Origin: Patescibacteria group bacterium
Lineage (GTDB): Bacteria > Patescibacteriota > Microgenomatia > UBA10105 > UBA927
Direction: 5' to 3'
Assembly: GCA_035510735.1 (NCBI GenBank)
Contig: DATKGN010000003.1
Span: forward strand, 14,208-78,207
Length of the DNA: 64,000 nt
Shown one piece after another: positions 29,395-40,463 of the stretch. The notes under the pieces are model-generated. The model did not search any database, had not been told where the DNA came from, and saw nothing but the letters and a program-made list of their open reading frames with translations. The translations under genes were made by a program, and so were the position numbers. Every line of letters begins with the position of its first letter. Position 1 is the stretch's first letter.

Positions 29395-30708
29395 TTACTT
29401 TTTGAACGTGATCCAAGAGTCGTTGGTTTCGATAGCTGATGGAACAGACCGGTTAATTACATTTTGAATACGGGAAACACTTGACTGCACTGAATTTTCC
29501 CTCACTCGATTTAGAATGAGAGAAAGTTCTTGAACGAGTGGGACCTCCGGGCCAGTATAATCTCCTATATGGTTAGTCAATAGAATAGCTATAGCGTCTT
29601 TCACATCTCTCTCACGGGTATCAAAGTTCACTGCTCTCAATAAATTTGAATTATGTTTTGACATAAGTTCCAAGAGGCTTTTAAGTTGACCCGTGGAGGT
29701 GCGGAGAGTATTGTCATTGGGCGTCTCGCCGGGCATGCAGGTTAAATATCTAATGATTGGCAACTTCCTGGCTTCCCGAATTTCCTCTAATACCCTTTCA
29801 CCGTTATTTCTTCGGTAGTCCTGAAAAGTCCCGTTTTGTTTCAAATAATCTATTAAATCTCTCTCTACCGCGTCGGCCTGTGATATTTCTTGATTTGTCA
29901 TGGATGCAACGACTGAGGCTCGATACAATTCAGTTAATTGAGTAAATTGTTGTTCATCAAAAATGGGGATTGCTTCAAAATCCATAAACGTTAACCCATC
30001 GATTTGCCTGGTAGATCCGGTATCAACAAAACGTACTTTATCGTTAAACTGCCAATCCTTATATATAAATCCGTTTGCCAATACGTGCGTAAAGGAAAAA
30101 AATCTTAGAGCTAATAGGCGCATATAATTTTCAGCTGATAAATCATCTACGTTGACAATTTCAGAGGGTTCTTCCCAGTCATCTTTAAGCATAAGGATAT
30201 TTCTGCCGTCGGCAAGACGCCCGAATTTTATGAATTCAGGAACTCCCGGCATTCCTTGATTTGATAAAATTGACCGCGCCTCTCTTTCTATCTTTTCATT
30301 CATTTCATGATTAACTGACCCCCGCTCGGTTGCAACACGAATTATAGAAGTTTCGTCGCTATTTGCACGCTGCGCGCGCCATATCTGCTTTTCTCGTGTA
30401 TTAGATAATGGTACTGGACCTGTCACCCAGTCGTTTCCTTCTAGATTAAAAATTTGACCCGCCAATACTCCGCTATCCTTGCCTGTGAGCTCAGCTGCAA
30501 GATTCTGTGGTAATAAAAAATCTGCGAGTCCCCCCTGAGGTTGAGATAGGTACATCCGATTTCCTACTACACTCGCAAATTGTATAGGTAAAGTGCCTTT
30601 CGACTGAATAGACCAATCAGTCTCAGTTGAAGTCTGTGGCCCGACGAGATATAGCCTGTGTTGGCTTTTGAGATTATCTGTCGTGATTGCTAAACCTGCT
30701 TCGTTCAT
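29395..30708 (-). CDS. Hypothetical protein with a possible protein-kinase-like catalytic motif
   Basis: 437 aa. The segment HVLANGFIYKDWQFNDKVRFVDTG resembles an HxD...N...DxG catalytic loop, but the match is weak. Confidence 0.45.
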   Translation of the reverse strand: MNEAGLAITTDNLKSQHRLYLVGPQTSTETDWSIQSKGTLPIQFASVVGNRMYLSQPQGGLADFLLPQNLAAELTGKDSGVLAGQIFNLEGNDWVTGPVPLSNTREKQIWRAQRANSDETSIIRVATERGSVNHEMNEKIEREARSILSNQGMPGVPEFIKFGRLADGRNILMLKDDWEEPSEIVNVDDLSAENYMRLLALRFFSFTHVLANGFIYKDWQFNDKVRFVDTGSTRQIDGLTFMDFEAIPIFDEQQFTQLTELYRASVVASMTNQEISQADAVERDLIDYLKQNGTFQDYRRNNGERVLEEIREARKLPIIRYLTCMPGETPNDNTLRTSTGQLKSLLELMSKHNSNLLRAVNFDTRERDVKDAIAILLTNHIGDYTGPEVPLVQELSLILNRVRENSVQSSVSRIQNVINRSVPSAIETNDSWITFKK

Positions 30709-30802
30709 AACCTATATTCTATCCTTGTCAATTTCTATATGCAAACTACATCAACAGGTTTTATTACTTGAAAATCGAGCTGTGGAATGTCAGAATGTAC
30801 AA

Positions 30803-31432
30803 ATGTTGGAACTTATTGGCTCGTGGATTATCCATTTTATCTCCTCTTTGGGCTACCTTGGTATATTCCTTCTCATGACGCTTGAATCAGCGCTTATCCC
30901 CATCCCGTCTGAAGTCACCATGCCGTTCTCGGGGTCGCTGGTTGCCCTCGGACAGTTTAATATTTGGTTCGTTGTGGTCGCTGGGACACTCGGAAATTTG
31001 TTTGGGTCGCTTCTTGCGTATTTCTTAGGGTATTGGGGGGAAGAATCGGTTGTGCGGCGCTTAATCGTCAAATACGGAAAATATCTTCTTATCAGTGAGC
31101 ATGAGTACGATCAGTCTGAGCGATGGTTTCGGGTTCACGGCGAACTCATTGTCTTACTTTCCCGCGTATTGCCGGTACTCCGCACATTCATTTCGCTTCC
31201 AGCCGGTGTTGCCAAAATGAAGCTTCCGAAATTCATCGCATATACCGTGATAGGGTCCTTCATCTGGTCATACGTTCTCACGGAATTAGGAGTTGTACTC
31301 GGAAATCACTGGAATTCCATTGGTGGGTATTTTCACAAATTTGATATCGTTATTGTAATCGCTGGTGTATGCGTTGTTGCTTGGTATATCTGGCACAAAC
31401 TCAAACACTTCAAAAAACCCTCAGTTTCGTAA
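30803..31432 (+). CDS. DedA family (SNARE-associated) membrane protein
   Basis: LGYLGIFLLMTLESALIPIPSEV...VLPVLRTFISLPAGV. The internal start MLELIG was preferred to avoid an antisense overlap. Confidence 0.75.
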   Translation: MLELIGSWIIHFISSLGYLGIFLLMTLESALIPIPSEVTMPFSGSLVALGQFNIWFVVVAGTLGNLFGSLLAYFLGYWGEESVVRRLIVKYGKYLLISEHEYDQSERWFRVHGELIVLLSRVLPVLRTFISLPAGVAKMKLPKFIAYTVIGSFIWSYVLTELGVVLGNHWNSIGGYFHKFDIVIVIAGVCVVAWYIWHKLKHFKKPSVS

Positions 31433-31529
31433 AGCAATCCATAAATCCATCGTTAAGTGCCATCCGCTGATATTTGGTGACATGAGCTTTTTAATAATTA
31501 ATTAGAAAGAGAGTGTTATAATTCGAGAA

Positions 31530-31880
31530 ATGAAAGTGCCTTATGCCAAATTGGCTTATGTTCCCCGTGAAAAACCTAAAGACAAAATTGAAAATTACCT
31601 ATTGAGTCTGGCAAATCCTCACTCAAGACCAAGAGCACTATTTTTTCGTTCTAAGGGTTTTAGCGAGGCGAACATGAATCTTTTTGAGCGTCGCTTGTTA
31701 CAAATAATTCAAAGAAATGATGTAACAAATACAGAACATTCACAATATGGTGAAAAATATATCGTCGATGGTGTTATAGAGACACCTATAGAGAACTCTA
31801 TTTCGCTAAGAACGATGTGGATTGTGGACAATAGGAAGCGCAAGCCCAAATTCGTCACCGCCTTCCCACATCGTGTATAA
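31530..31880 (+). CDS. DUF6883-like protein
   Basis: The pattern IENYLLS..PHS..RALFFRSKGF ... LRTMWIVD....PKFVTAFP matches my recollection of DUF6883 proteins. The local region is AT-rich. Confidence 0.55.
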   Translation: MKVPYAKLAYVPREKPKDKIENYLLSLANPHSRPRALFFRSKGFSEANMNLFERRLLQIIQRNDVTNTEHSQYGEKYIVDGVIETPIENSISLRTMWIVDNRKRKPKFVTAFPHRV

Positions 31881-31903
31881 TATGTAAAAGGAAGAGGATA
31901 TTT

Positions 31904-32206
31904 ATGTTTGAAGAGCTTAGTTCAGTTACGCTTACACATGATATACCTACGCATAACCTTTCTAAGGGAGATGCGGGTACTGTTGTGCATGTATATGCTA
32001 ATGGAGAAGGGTATGAAGTTGAATTTTTTAACTCAATGGGCGAAACTATCGCTGTTTTAACTTTAAGCCCAACTGATCTACTTGCTGTGCAGACTAATTC
32101 TGTGGTTAAGTGGATCGAGCCAATATGGGATGGAATGACGTCACCGCCATCTATAGCAAACAATGCTGATAAAGTGGTGACGAGAATGTTTTATAGTCAA
32201 TTATGA
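31904..32206 (+). CDS. DUF4926-like small protein
   Basis: VTLTHDIPTHNLSKGDAGTVVHVYANGEGYEVEFFNSMGETIAVLTL matches the DUF4926 signature. An RBS GGAAGAGGA precedes it. Confidence 0.6.
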   Translation: MFEELSSVTLTHDIPTHNLSKGDAGTVVHVYANGEGYEVEFFNSMGETIAVLTLSPTDLLAVQTNSVVKWIEPIWDGMTSPPSIANNADKVVTRMFYSQL

Positions 32207-32667
32207 AAATTCAACATATTTGGTCAGTATTATGTAAAGAAAGCATTATTAATCAAGACGATAATGTTATTTCGCTAATTGGTATTCTTGAGGATATTAA
32301 TTCCACAATAACTCCTTTAAAAGCGGATACTCCTAGACCAGAAAAGGTTACTATCCCTTTTAATTTTGAGGTGGTAAGTTATTGGACCAAAGATTCAACA
32401 GAAGAAGTAAAGATACTGATAAAGACTACAATGATTGATCCTGAAGGTAAAGAATTGGCAAACGATATTAAAGAATTAGTATTCCCAGCTAACACTAAAA
32501 GATTGCGAAGCAGGTTAAAAGTTCAAGGCTTATCTGTGACTAATAGTGGAGACTACTCAGTTAGAATCAGGTTGAAAATTGCTGAAGAAAAAGAATTTAA
32601 ATCTGTTACCGAATTGCCTATAAGTGTCAAAATACAATTTGCTGAGTTGAAGGCTCCGTCTAACTAA
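32203..32667 (+). CDS. Hypothetical protein, translationally coupled to the DUF4926 gene (ATGA overlap)
   Basis: 154 aa ORF in the AT-rich islet. Confidence 0.45.
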   Translation: MKIQHIWSVLCKESIINQDDNVISLIGILEDINSTITPLKADTPRPEKVTIPFNFEVVSYWTKDSTEEVKILIKTTMIDPEGKELANDIKELVFPANTKRLRSRLKVQGLSVTNSGDYSVRIRLKIAEEKEFKSVTELPISVKIQFAELKAPSN

Positions 32668-32836
32668 ATTATCTTCTTAAGCATAATTTGCTTCATATTT
32701 TATACAGTTAGTTAATTGGTTGTAGAATACTTTTTGTTACATTGCACTTGAAAACTTAGATATTCATTATTCACTATTGGAGTAAGTAAAAAGATTGAAA
32801 CTACAAGATAGTCCTAACTTATGAATCCAGTACCTT

Positions 32837-33460
32837 CTAGACAAACTTCCTAATTAACCCTACTACTTTTCCCTGTATCTTTACGTGTGTGGTGAAGATG
32901 GGAGACATGGTGGCGTTTGCGGGCATGAGTTTGATGCGGTCCTTCTCGAAATAAATGCGCTTGAGGGTGGCGAGACCGTTCGGGAGGAGTGCTACGACGA
33001 TATCGCCGTTTTGAGCATCCTGCTGATGCTGGATGACCACATAATCTCCGTCCATGATGCCGTCATCGATCATGGATGTGCCTTTGACCTGGAGAATATA
33101 GCTTGGCTTATTGGATGAAATCATGCCGGGAGCGACAGACATATAGAAATTCGGATCTGTATACGGTTCAAGAGGGCTTCCGGCTGCAATAAATCCGAGT
33201 ACCGGCAGTTCGACAGCCGTTGTGCCTTTCCCTGTACGGTAATTTGCCTCAACGATTTCAAGGCCGCGTGCCGTGCCATCAAGTTTGTTAATGAATCCCT
33301 TTTGGCGGAGGCGGTCGATGTGTTCGTGAACCGTTGCCGGAGAATTCATACCAAGCGCAGTGCCTATCTCTTTGAGCGTCGGGGCGTATCCGTAGCGCTG
33401 AATAAATTGTGTGATAAACTCTAGAAGTTGTCGTTCTTTATTGTAAAGTGTAGCAGGCAT
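32837..33460 (-). CDS. lexA: LexA repressor (S24 peptidase)
   Basis: N-terminal winged HTH LTQRQ-like segment ...LKEIGTALGMNSPATVHEHIDRLRQKG; catalytic Ser in KGTSMID; Lys in LKR. Confidence 0.85.
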   Translation of the reverse strand: MPATLYNKERQLLEFITQFIQRYGYAPTLKEIGTALGMNSPATVHEHIDRLRQKGFINKLDGTARGLEIVEANYRTGKGTTAVELPVLGFIAAGSPLEPYTDPNFYMSVAPGMISSNKPSYILQVKGTSMIDDGIMDGDYVVIQHQQDAQNGDIVVALLPNGLATLKRIYFEKDRIKLMPANATMSPIFTTHVKIQGKVVGLIRKFV

Positions 33461-33575
33461 AGGTTTACCGAAAATATGATATGATTATTCTTAGTATTCC
33501 AAAATATACCCGAACTGTCAAGAGTATCTATCGGAATATATCTATATCAAACTGAAATAAAACCGAAAGACCTTT

Positions 33576-35603
33576 ATGAAATTTTCTTTGAAATCATCGT
33601 TTCAGCCAACCGGAGATCAACCTGAGGCTATTACTGCCCTCACTGAGAATTTTAAGAAGAAGGTTGATGAGCAGGTGCTTTTGGGTGTAACAGGAAGCGG
33701 AAAAACATTCACGATCGCCAACGTTATTCAAAAACTTCAGCGTCCGACACTTGTGATATCGCATAACAAGACGCTAGCGGCCCAATTGTATCAGGAATTT
33801 CGCGATTTTTTTCCTGCTAACGCCGTTTCTTATTTTGTTTCCTATTATGATTACTACCAGCCGGAAGCGTATCTGCCTCAGACGGACACGTATATCGAAA
33901 AAGAGACACAGATAAATGAAGAAATCGATAAATTGCGGCTTGCTGCAACAACAAATTTATTAACCCGGAAGGACGTCATCGTCGTTGCATCAGTATCGTG
34001 TATTTACAATATCGGCTCTCCCAAAGAATACGGCAGTTTTATTTTGGAGCTCAAACGCGGAGTGAAAGTGACGAGGGAAAGTATTTTTGAACGTCTTATC
34101 CAGCTTCAATATGAGCGGAGCGACTTCGGGTTTACACGAGGGACCTTTCGAGTAAGAGGCGATACTATTGATCTTTATCCTGCGTATCTTGATACATCAA
34201 TACGGATTATCCTTGACGGCATGTACGTCACCGCATTGGAGGAACTTGACCCCTTAACCGGGGAAAAGCTCAAAGAGCTTGATGGAACGGTTATTTATCC
34301 GGCGAAGCACTATATGATGGACCCCAAGAGCCATAAGGAGGTATTTAAGGATATTCAGGATGATCTGGTGCTGCAGCTTACAAAGTTTAAACAGCAAGGC
34401 AAGATTTTAGAAGCGCACCGGCTTGAACAGCGGGTACATTATGACCTTGAGATGATACAGGAGATGGGGTATGTGAACGGTATAGAAAATTATTCACGCT
34501 ATTTCGACGGACGTAAATCAGGAGATCCACCCTATACACTCCTTGACTACTTTGATGCTGCGGCCGGTGACGATTGGCTGTTGGTTATTGATGAATCCCA
34601 TATGACCGTGCCGCAGATACGGGGTATGTATAATGGCGATAGGAGCCGGAAACAGACGCTCATTGATTACGGATTCAGGCTCCCCGCGGCTTTGGATAAC
34701 CGCCCGTTACGGTTTGAGGAGTTTACCCGCCTTATGCCCCAAACCATCTATGTATCCGCAACACCTGATGAATACGAGATAAGTCGTGCGAACGAGGCAG
34801 CTTCCCGCCAAGGCGTTGGCAGTGGCATTGTGGAGCAGCTCGTTCGTCCTACAGGGCTTATTGATCCCAAGGTTTCAGTACGGCCGGTTGAGAGTCAAAT
34901 ACTCGATTTATTCGCTGAAATTCAAAAACGGGTTAGTCGTCATGAACGGACACTTGTGACGACGCTTACGAAGCAAATGGCAGAGGATTTGTCCGATTTT
35001 CTCAAGGAGAAAGGAATTCTCGTCCAGTATTTGCATTCGGATGTGCAGACGCTTGACAGGTCGGACATTCTGGACGATCTCCGGAAGGGTACGTTTGACG
35101 TCATCGTTGGCGTTAACCTTTTGAGGGAAGGTCTTGATCTTCCAGAGGTTTCCCTTGTTGCGATTCTTGATGCGGATAAGGAGGGTTTCTTACGCAGCCG
35201 GACGAGCCTCGTCCAGACCATGGGACGGGCATCACGGCACGTTGCAGGCGAAGTGATTCTCTATGCAGGCCATATGACGGATTCTATGACCTATGCGATT
35301 GAGGAAGTGGGCCGTCGCCGGAAGGTACAGCTGGAATTTAATAAAATACATCACATAACACCCGTATCTATCCAAAAACCTATACGCGATCAGCTTGTTG
35401 AGCGGGGGCAAGAAGATAAAAAGCATGCGCAAACTGTGGAATCAATGCTCGGGATGGAAGAGAAGGATATTGAGTCCCTCACTCCGATGGATAAGAAGCA
35501 ATTGGTTATTAAACTCACCAAAGAGATGCGGGGAGCAAGCCGTGAGCTTAATTTTGAACTGGCAGCGAAGTTGAGGGATTTCATCGCAACACTTACTGAC
35601 TAA
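33576..35603 (+). CDS. uvrB: Excinuclease ABC subunit B
   Basis: FQPTGDQPEAI; GVTGSGKTFT; helicase motifs; a C-terminal UvrB/UvrC interaction helix. Confidence 0.95.
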   Translation: MKFSLKSSFQPTGDQPEAITALTENFKKKVDEQVLLGVTGSGKTFTIANVIQKLQRPTLVISHNKTLAAQLYQEFRDFFPANAVSYFVSYYDYYQPEAYLPQTDTYIEKETQINEEIDKLRLAATTNLLTRKDVIVVASVSCIYNIGSPKEYGSFILELKRGVKVTRESIFERLIQLQYERSDFGFTRGTFRVRGDTIDLYPAYLDTSIRIILDGMYVTALEELDPLTGEKLKELDGTVIYPAKHYMMDPKSHKEVFKDIQDDLVLQLTKFKQQGKILEAHRLEQRVHYDLEMIQEMGYVNGIENYSRYFDGRKSGDPPYTLLDYFDAAAGDDWLLVIDESHMTVPQIRGMYNGDRSRKQTLIDYGFRLPAALDNRPLRFEEFTRLMPQTIYVSATPDEYEISRANEAASRQGVGSGIVEQLVRPTGLIDPKVSVRPVESQILDLFAEIQKRVSRHERTLVTTLTKQMAEDLSDFLKEKGILVQYLHSDVQTLDRSDILDDLRKGTFDVIVGVNLLREGLDLPEVSLVAILDADKEGFLRSRTSLVQTMGRASRHVAGEVILYAGHMTDSMTYAIEEVGRRRKVQLEFNKIHHITPVSIQKPIRDQLVERGQEDKKHAQTVESMLGMEEKDIESLTPMDKKQLVIKLTKEMRGASRELNFELAAKLRDFIATLTD

Positions 35604-35612
35604 TGGTATAAT
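35604..35612 (+). promoter_or_regulatory. Extended -10 box TGGTATAAT upstream of uvrA
   Basis: A perfect TGnTATAAT immediately after the uvrB stop codon, 90 nt before the uvrA ATG. Confidence 0.4.
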
Positions 35613-35702
35613 CTACAGGCCCCGGAACCATCCGAGGGCACTTTTGCGTCGCAAAAGAATAAACCAATAATCCAATAAGCAAATATTCAAATAAGGAATT
35701 CT

Positions 35703-38636
35703 ATGGACAAACTTATAATCCGCGGTGCGCGGCAACATAACCTCAAGAATGTCAATCTGGAGCTTCCGAAAAATAAGCTCATCGTTTTTACGGGACTTTC
35801 AGGCTCCGGCAAATCCTCTCTTGCGTTTGACACGATTTACGCCGAGGGGCAACGACGATATGTTGAGTCGCTCTCCTCCTACGCGCGGCAATTTTTGGGT
35901 ATCATGGATAAGCCCGACGTTGATGTGATTGAGGGGTTGTCTCCTTCCATATCAATTGACCAAAAATCAACCTCGCATAACCCGCGCTCGACGGTTGGTA
36001 CCGTCACCGAAATTTATGATTACATGCGGCTTCTTTTTGCGAGAATCGGTCACCCGCACTGTCCGAATTGTGGCCGCGAGATCAGTAAACTATCCATCGC
36101 CCAGATCGTTACGCTCGTGGGCCAGTTAACAAAAGACGAGTTTGAGAAGTCACCTAAAAAGCATATCCGACTCATGGTTCTGGCCCCCATTATCCGGGAC
36201 CGTAAAGGCGAATTCCTTCAGCTTTTTGATAACCTGAGGTCAAAGGGATACCGTCAGGTGCGCGTTGACGGATATTTCTTTGGGATCAATGAGGATATCG
36301 CCCTCATTAAAACAAATAAACACACCATTGAGGCTGTGGTTGACCGCATCACCATCGAAAAACATGAGATTAGCGGTCAAATAGATGTAAAACTGCGCTC
36401 CAGACTTAATCAGGCCATTGAGCAGAGTCTTTCGTTATCCGACGGCATGGTCACCGTGGGATTTGTCGAAGACAGCGGCTTTACGTTTCCTGAGAAGCCG
36501 AAAAAAATGAGCACCCATATTTATTCGGAGAAATTTGCCTGCCCGGTGTGTAACCTTTCGCTACCGGAGATAGAGCCCAGGTCATTTTCTTTTAACACGC
36601 CGCACGGTGCGTGTCCTGAGTGTAGCGGGATCGGAACAATATTGACTGTTGAGCCGACGCTTGTGTTAAGTCCTGGGCTCTCTATCACCGAGGGTGGAAT
36701 TCTTCCATTTGCGAGAATGTTTTTCCACGATACGTGGTATTCACGCGTCATTGGCACGGTTGCAAAAGAATGCGGTATTGATCCCCGCGCACCTCTTTCC
36801 AATATGACGGCCAAACAAAAGGATATATTGCTGGGCGGCACGGGCGATAAACTGTATCGTGTGAGCGGCACCAACCGGTTCGGCGAAGCGACGACCATTG
36901 AAGAAAGCTTCCGCGGTATTCTTCCGGAACTTAAAAAACGGTTTCTTGAAACGGAATCAGAATTTGTGCGGGTAGAAATTGAAAAGTACATGCGTCAGGA
37001 AATTTGTCCGACCTGCGGCGGAAAACGCCTGAAAAAAGAAGCCTTGACCATAACCATCGATAAGTTTTCGATTGCCGATGTGACTGCGCTGTCGGTAACT
37101 GATGCATACAACTGGATTGAAACACTTAAAGGCGGCAAGAAAGATCTGTTAAGCGGGCAGGAATTGACGATTGCTACACCGGTGATAAAAGAAATTCTTG
37201 TCCGTCTGCAGTTTTTAACACGTGTCGGATTGGAATACCTCACGCTCGGGCGAAGCGCGACGACGCTTGCAGGTGGCGAGGCACAGCGCATACGTCTTGC
37301 TTCCCAAATTGGGTCTGGTTTATCGGGTGTCCTATACGTGCTTGATGAGCCATCCATCGGGTTGCATCCGCGGGACAACAGCAAACTCATTGATACACTG
37401 AAGGCGCTTCGGGATTTGGGTAATACGGTGATCGTTGTTGAGCACGACCGCGAAATGATGGAAGCATCTGATTATCTCGTGGATTTCGGGCCCGGTGCGG
37501 GCGAGCATGGCGGATATGTGATTGCACAAGGGACTGTTTCGGAAGTAAAAAAGAACCCTCGATCAATTACGGCAAAGTATCTCAACGATGAGCGTTCTAT
37601 TCACCGTCCGACACAGACTATCAAGTCAGGCGACGTGACCTCATCATTCGTGCTTCGAGGAGCTGCGGAAAATAATCTAAAATCTATTGATGTTTCGTTC
37701 CCGGTAGGAAAATTTATCTCCGTGACCGGCGTGTCAGGTTCCGGTAAATCAACGCTCATCGTCGAAACGCTCTATCGGGCTTTAGCCCGGCATTTCAATT
37801 CGCTCTCAAAAGAAAATCCCGGGAAATTTGGCACAATCGATAACATTGATCTTGTCGATAAAGCAATTCTTATTGATCAATCCCCGATCGGCCGAACACC
37901 AAGGAGCAATCCTGCGACCTATACGGGAATTTTTTCTCATATTCGGGAAATTTTCGCGATGCTACCCGACTCAAGAATGCGGGGATATACACCTGGTCGG
38001 TTCTCTTTTAATGTGCGCGGCGGGCGGTGCGAATCCTGCGAAGGAGAAGGTCAGATAAAAATAGAGATGCAGTTTCTCTCTGATGTCTATGTAACATGCG
38101 AAGTTTGCCGTGGCACTCGGTACAATTCCGAGACCTTAGAGGCGCAGTATCACGGAAAAAATATTTCACAGGTTTTAAATATGACCATTGAGGAGGCGGT
38201 CGTATTTTTTGCGAATCACCCGATATTGTCAGATAAACTGCATGTTATAGAAGATGTAGGTTTGGGTTATATGCGTCTGGGACAGTCTGCAACGACACTC
38301 TCAGGCGGCGAAGCCCAGCGGGTAAAATTGGCATCAGAATTACACCGACGTTCAACCGGAAAAACCGTTTACATTCTCGATGAGCCGACGACAGGGCTTC
38401 ATTTCGCGGATCTTGAAAAGTTGCTCGGGGTGCTGCATAAACTTACCGAACTCGGGAACACCGTGATTGTTATCGAACACAACCTCGATATCATTAAAAA
38501 TGCCGATTATATTATTGATTTAGGGCCCGAAGGCGGAGACGGCGGCGGCAGAATTGTCGCAACCGGTTCACCACGCCAGCTTGCAGCGAACAAAAATTCT
38601 TATACAGGACAGTTTCTCAAAAAAATACTAGAATAA
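35703..38636 (+). CDS. uvrA: Excinuclease ABC subunit A
   Basis: Two ABC modules ([10 protein letters not shown] and [10 protein letters not shown]), zinc-finger Cys clusters, 977 aa. Confidence 0.95.
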   Translation: MDKLIIRGARQHNLKNVNLELPKNKLIVFTGLSGSGKSSLAFDTIYAEGQRRYVESLSSYARQFLGIMDKPDVDVIEGLSPSISIDQKSTSHNPRSTVGTVTEIYDYMRLLFARIGHPHCPNCGREISKLSIAQIVTLVGQLTKDEFEKSPKKHIRLMVLAPIIRDRKGEFLQLFDNLRSKGYRQVRVDGYFFGINEDIALIKTNKHTIEAVVDRITIEKHEISGQIDVKLRSRLNQAIEQSLSLSDGMVTVGFVEDSGFTFPEKPKKMSTHIYSEKFACPVCNLSLPEIEPRSFSFNTPHGACPECSGIGTILTVEPTLVLSPGLSITEGGILPFARMFFHDTWYSRVIGTVAKECGIDPRAPLSNMTAKQKDILLGGTGDKLYRVSGTNRFGEATTIEESFRGILPELKKRFLETESEFVRVEIEKYMRQEICPTCGGKRLKKEALTITIDKFSIADVTALSVTDAYNWIETLKGGKKDLLSGQELTIATPVIKEILVRLQFLTRVGLEYLTLGRSATTLAGGEAQRIRLASQIGSGLSGVLYVLDEPSIGLHPRDNSKLIDTLKALRDLGNTVIVVEHDREMMEASDYLVDFGPGAGEHGGYVIAQGTVSEVKKNPRSITAKYLNDERSIHRPTQTIKSGDVTSSFVLRGAAENNLKSIDVSFPVGKFISVTGVSGSGKSTLIVETLYRALARHFNSLSKENPGKFGTIDNIDLVDKAILIDQSPIGRTPRSNPATYTGIFSHIREIFAMLPDSRMRGYTPGRFSFNVRGGRCESCEGEGQIKIEMQFLSDVYVTCEVCRGTRYNSETLEAQYHGKNISQVLNMTIEEAVVFFANHPILSDKLHVIEDVGLGYMRLGQSATTLSGGEAQRVKLASELHRRSTGKTVYILDEPTTGLHFADLEKLLGVLHKLTELGNTVIVIEHNLDIIKNADYIIDLGPEGGDGGGRIVATGSPRQLAANKNSYTGQFLKKILE

Positions 38637-38642
38637 AACAAC

Positions 38643-40463
38643 ATGCATAAACGGGTATGGGGTTTTCTTGTAACGCTTGGTCTACTGGCTGCTTTGTTCA
38701 TCGTCAATCCATCTAAAGCTTTCGCTTCAGGGGAATTCCAAGCTGATTATGCTGTTGAATATGCCGTCGCCCCAAGCGGTATCACCATCGTCACACAGAA
38801 TGTAACGCTAACGAACAAAGAATCCAACCTTTACCCGCAGAAATATTCCATTATTATAGATTCGCAAAAAATTAAAAATGTTCTTGCGTATGATAATGGC
38901 GGACTGGTGACACCCCAGATAACTCAAACGAACGGAAAAACCGATATTATCCTCGCGTTTAACCAGCAAATCGTTGGTTTAGGTAAACAGCTCCATTTTA
39001 CTCTTCGATATGAAGATGATGAGATAGCACAAAGGTTGGGGACTATTTGGGAAATAAACATTCCCGGAGTTGCAAACGATCCTGATCTCGCGACCTATAC
39101 GGTCACGCTCCGCGTGCCACCGGTTTTCGGAACGAATGCATATATGACGCCGCCTCCCGCCTCGGGAACAGAGTGGACGAAAGATCAGATGGTTTCAGGC
39201 GGTATCAGTGCCGCCTATGGAACACAGCAGGGTTTTGATTTAGGGCTCTCATATTATCTATCCAATCCGGGAGGGTCTCCGAAATCTATGGAAATTGCAC
39301 TTCCGCCCGATACGGCGTTTCAGAAAATTCTCATTAAATCAATTGATCCCAAACCGGAAACGGTTCTTAAGGATGAGGATGGGAACTGGCTAGCCCAGTA
39401 CAATCTTTTGCCCGGCCAATCGATAGAGGTGCATACCGATATTACTGCGGCAATCCACCTCTCTCCGTTCTCAGGATCAGCAGAGCCTCTCGCTGACCGC
39501 AACGTATACCTCCGACCACAAAAATATTGGGAAACACAGAGTCAACAAATAATTGATTTAGCAAAAACCTATAAAACTCCCCGTGATATCTATAATTATG
39601 TGACCCATACCCTTTCATATGATTATACACGCGTTAATGGATTAGCCGTCCGTAAGGGTGCTGTTGCCGCTCTCGCGGACCCGGCGCATTCGATCTGCAT
39701 GGAATTTACGGACTTATTTGTTGCGATGGCCCGTGCTGCAGGTATTCCTGCCCGTGAAGTGATCGGGTACGCGTATACGACAAACTCTAAACTCAGACCG
39801 CTTTCGTTGGTTTCCGATGTGCTTCATGCATGGCCTGAATTTTATGATGATGCTCAGAAAATTTGGATTCCGGTTGACCCGACGTGGGCAAATACCACCG
39901 GTGGTATTGATTATTTTGATAAACTAGATTTCAATCACATTGCTTTTTCCTTCGATGGCGTTTCAAGTGAATATCCATACCCAGCTGGTTTTTATAAAAA
40001 GCCGGGGGCAACAACAAAGGATGTTCAAGTACAATTTGCCGATACGCCCCCTAATTTGCAGGAAGGGAAGCTTACTGTATCGTATGTCTTTTCACCCTCA
40101 GCTACATCAGGCTTGCCGGTTAAAGGGACAGTGATCGTGCAAAACGACAACGGATCGGCTGTCCATACGGCGACGATTGGCATACAGACACTCCCTTTTG
40201 ATGTTGCGATGACGAAAACGTTTATTGATATTCCGCCTTTAGCCCGGCTTAGTATTCCCGTTACCATGCCGCTACCTGGCTATTTTCTCAAAGGCACCGG
40301 GGTGATTGCGGTCAATGTGAACGGAGAAACAACACAATTTAATTTTGATATAAAACCGTTTGTTTATACATTTATCATTCCGCTGTTTATACTCTCTCTT
40401 ATATTGGTAGTTGCCGGTTGGCTTCTGGCAAAAAGATCAAATATATGGAAACATCGCGCATAG
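38643..40463 (+). CDS. Secreted, membrane-anchored transglutaminase-like cysteine-protease-fold protein
   Basis: N-terminal signal peptide; a Cys-His-Asp core (HSICMEFTDLFVAMARAAGIPAR ... HAWPEFY ... IPVDPTW); a C-terminal transmembrane anchor. Confidence 0.55.
   Translation: MHKRVWGFLVTLGLLAALFIVNPSKAFASGEFQADYAVEYAVAPSGITIVTQNVTLTNKESNLYPQKYSIIIDSQKIKNVLAYDNGGLVTPQITQTNGKTDIILAFNQQIVGLGKQLHFTLRYEDDEIAQRLGTIWEINIPGVANDPDLATYTVTLRVPPVFGTNAYMTPPPASGTEWTKDQMVSGGISAAYGTQQGFDLGLSYYLSNPGGSPKSMEIALPPDTAFQKILIKSIDPKPETVLKDEDGNWLAQYNLLPGQSIEVHTDITAAIHLSPFSGSAEPLADRNVYLRPQKYWETQSQQIIDLAKTYKTPRDIYNYVTHTLSYDYTRVNGLAVRKGAVAALADPAHSICMEFTDLFVAMARAAGIPAREVIGYAYTTNSKLRPLSLVSDVLHAWPEFYDDAQKIWIPVDPTWANTTGGIDYFDKLDFNHIAFSFDGVSSEYPYPAGFYKKPGATTKDVQVQFADTPPNLQEGKLTVSYVFSPSATSGLPVKGTVIVQNDNGSAVHTATIGIQTLPFDVAMTKTFIDIPPLARLSIPVTMPLPGYFLKGTGVIAVNVNGETTQFNFDIKPFVYTFIIPLFILSLILVVAGWLLAKRSNIWKHRA

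Noticed and set aside
33461-33575. Canonical LexA/SOS box in the lexA-uvrB divergent intergenic region.
   Set aside because: No CTGT-N8-ACAG, GAAC-N4-GTTC or GTTC-N7-GTTC palindrome is found. Only an ATCTAT direct repeat and a CGAAC half-site are seen, so it cannot be called without a lineage-specific motif.
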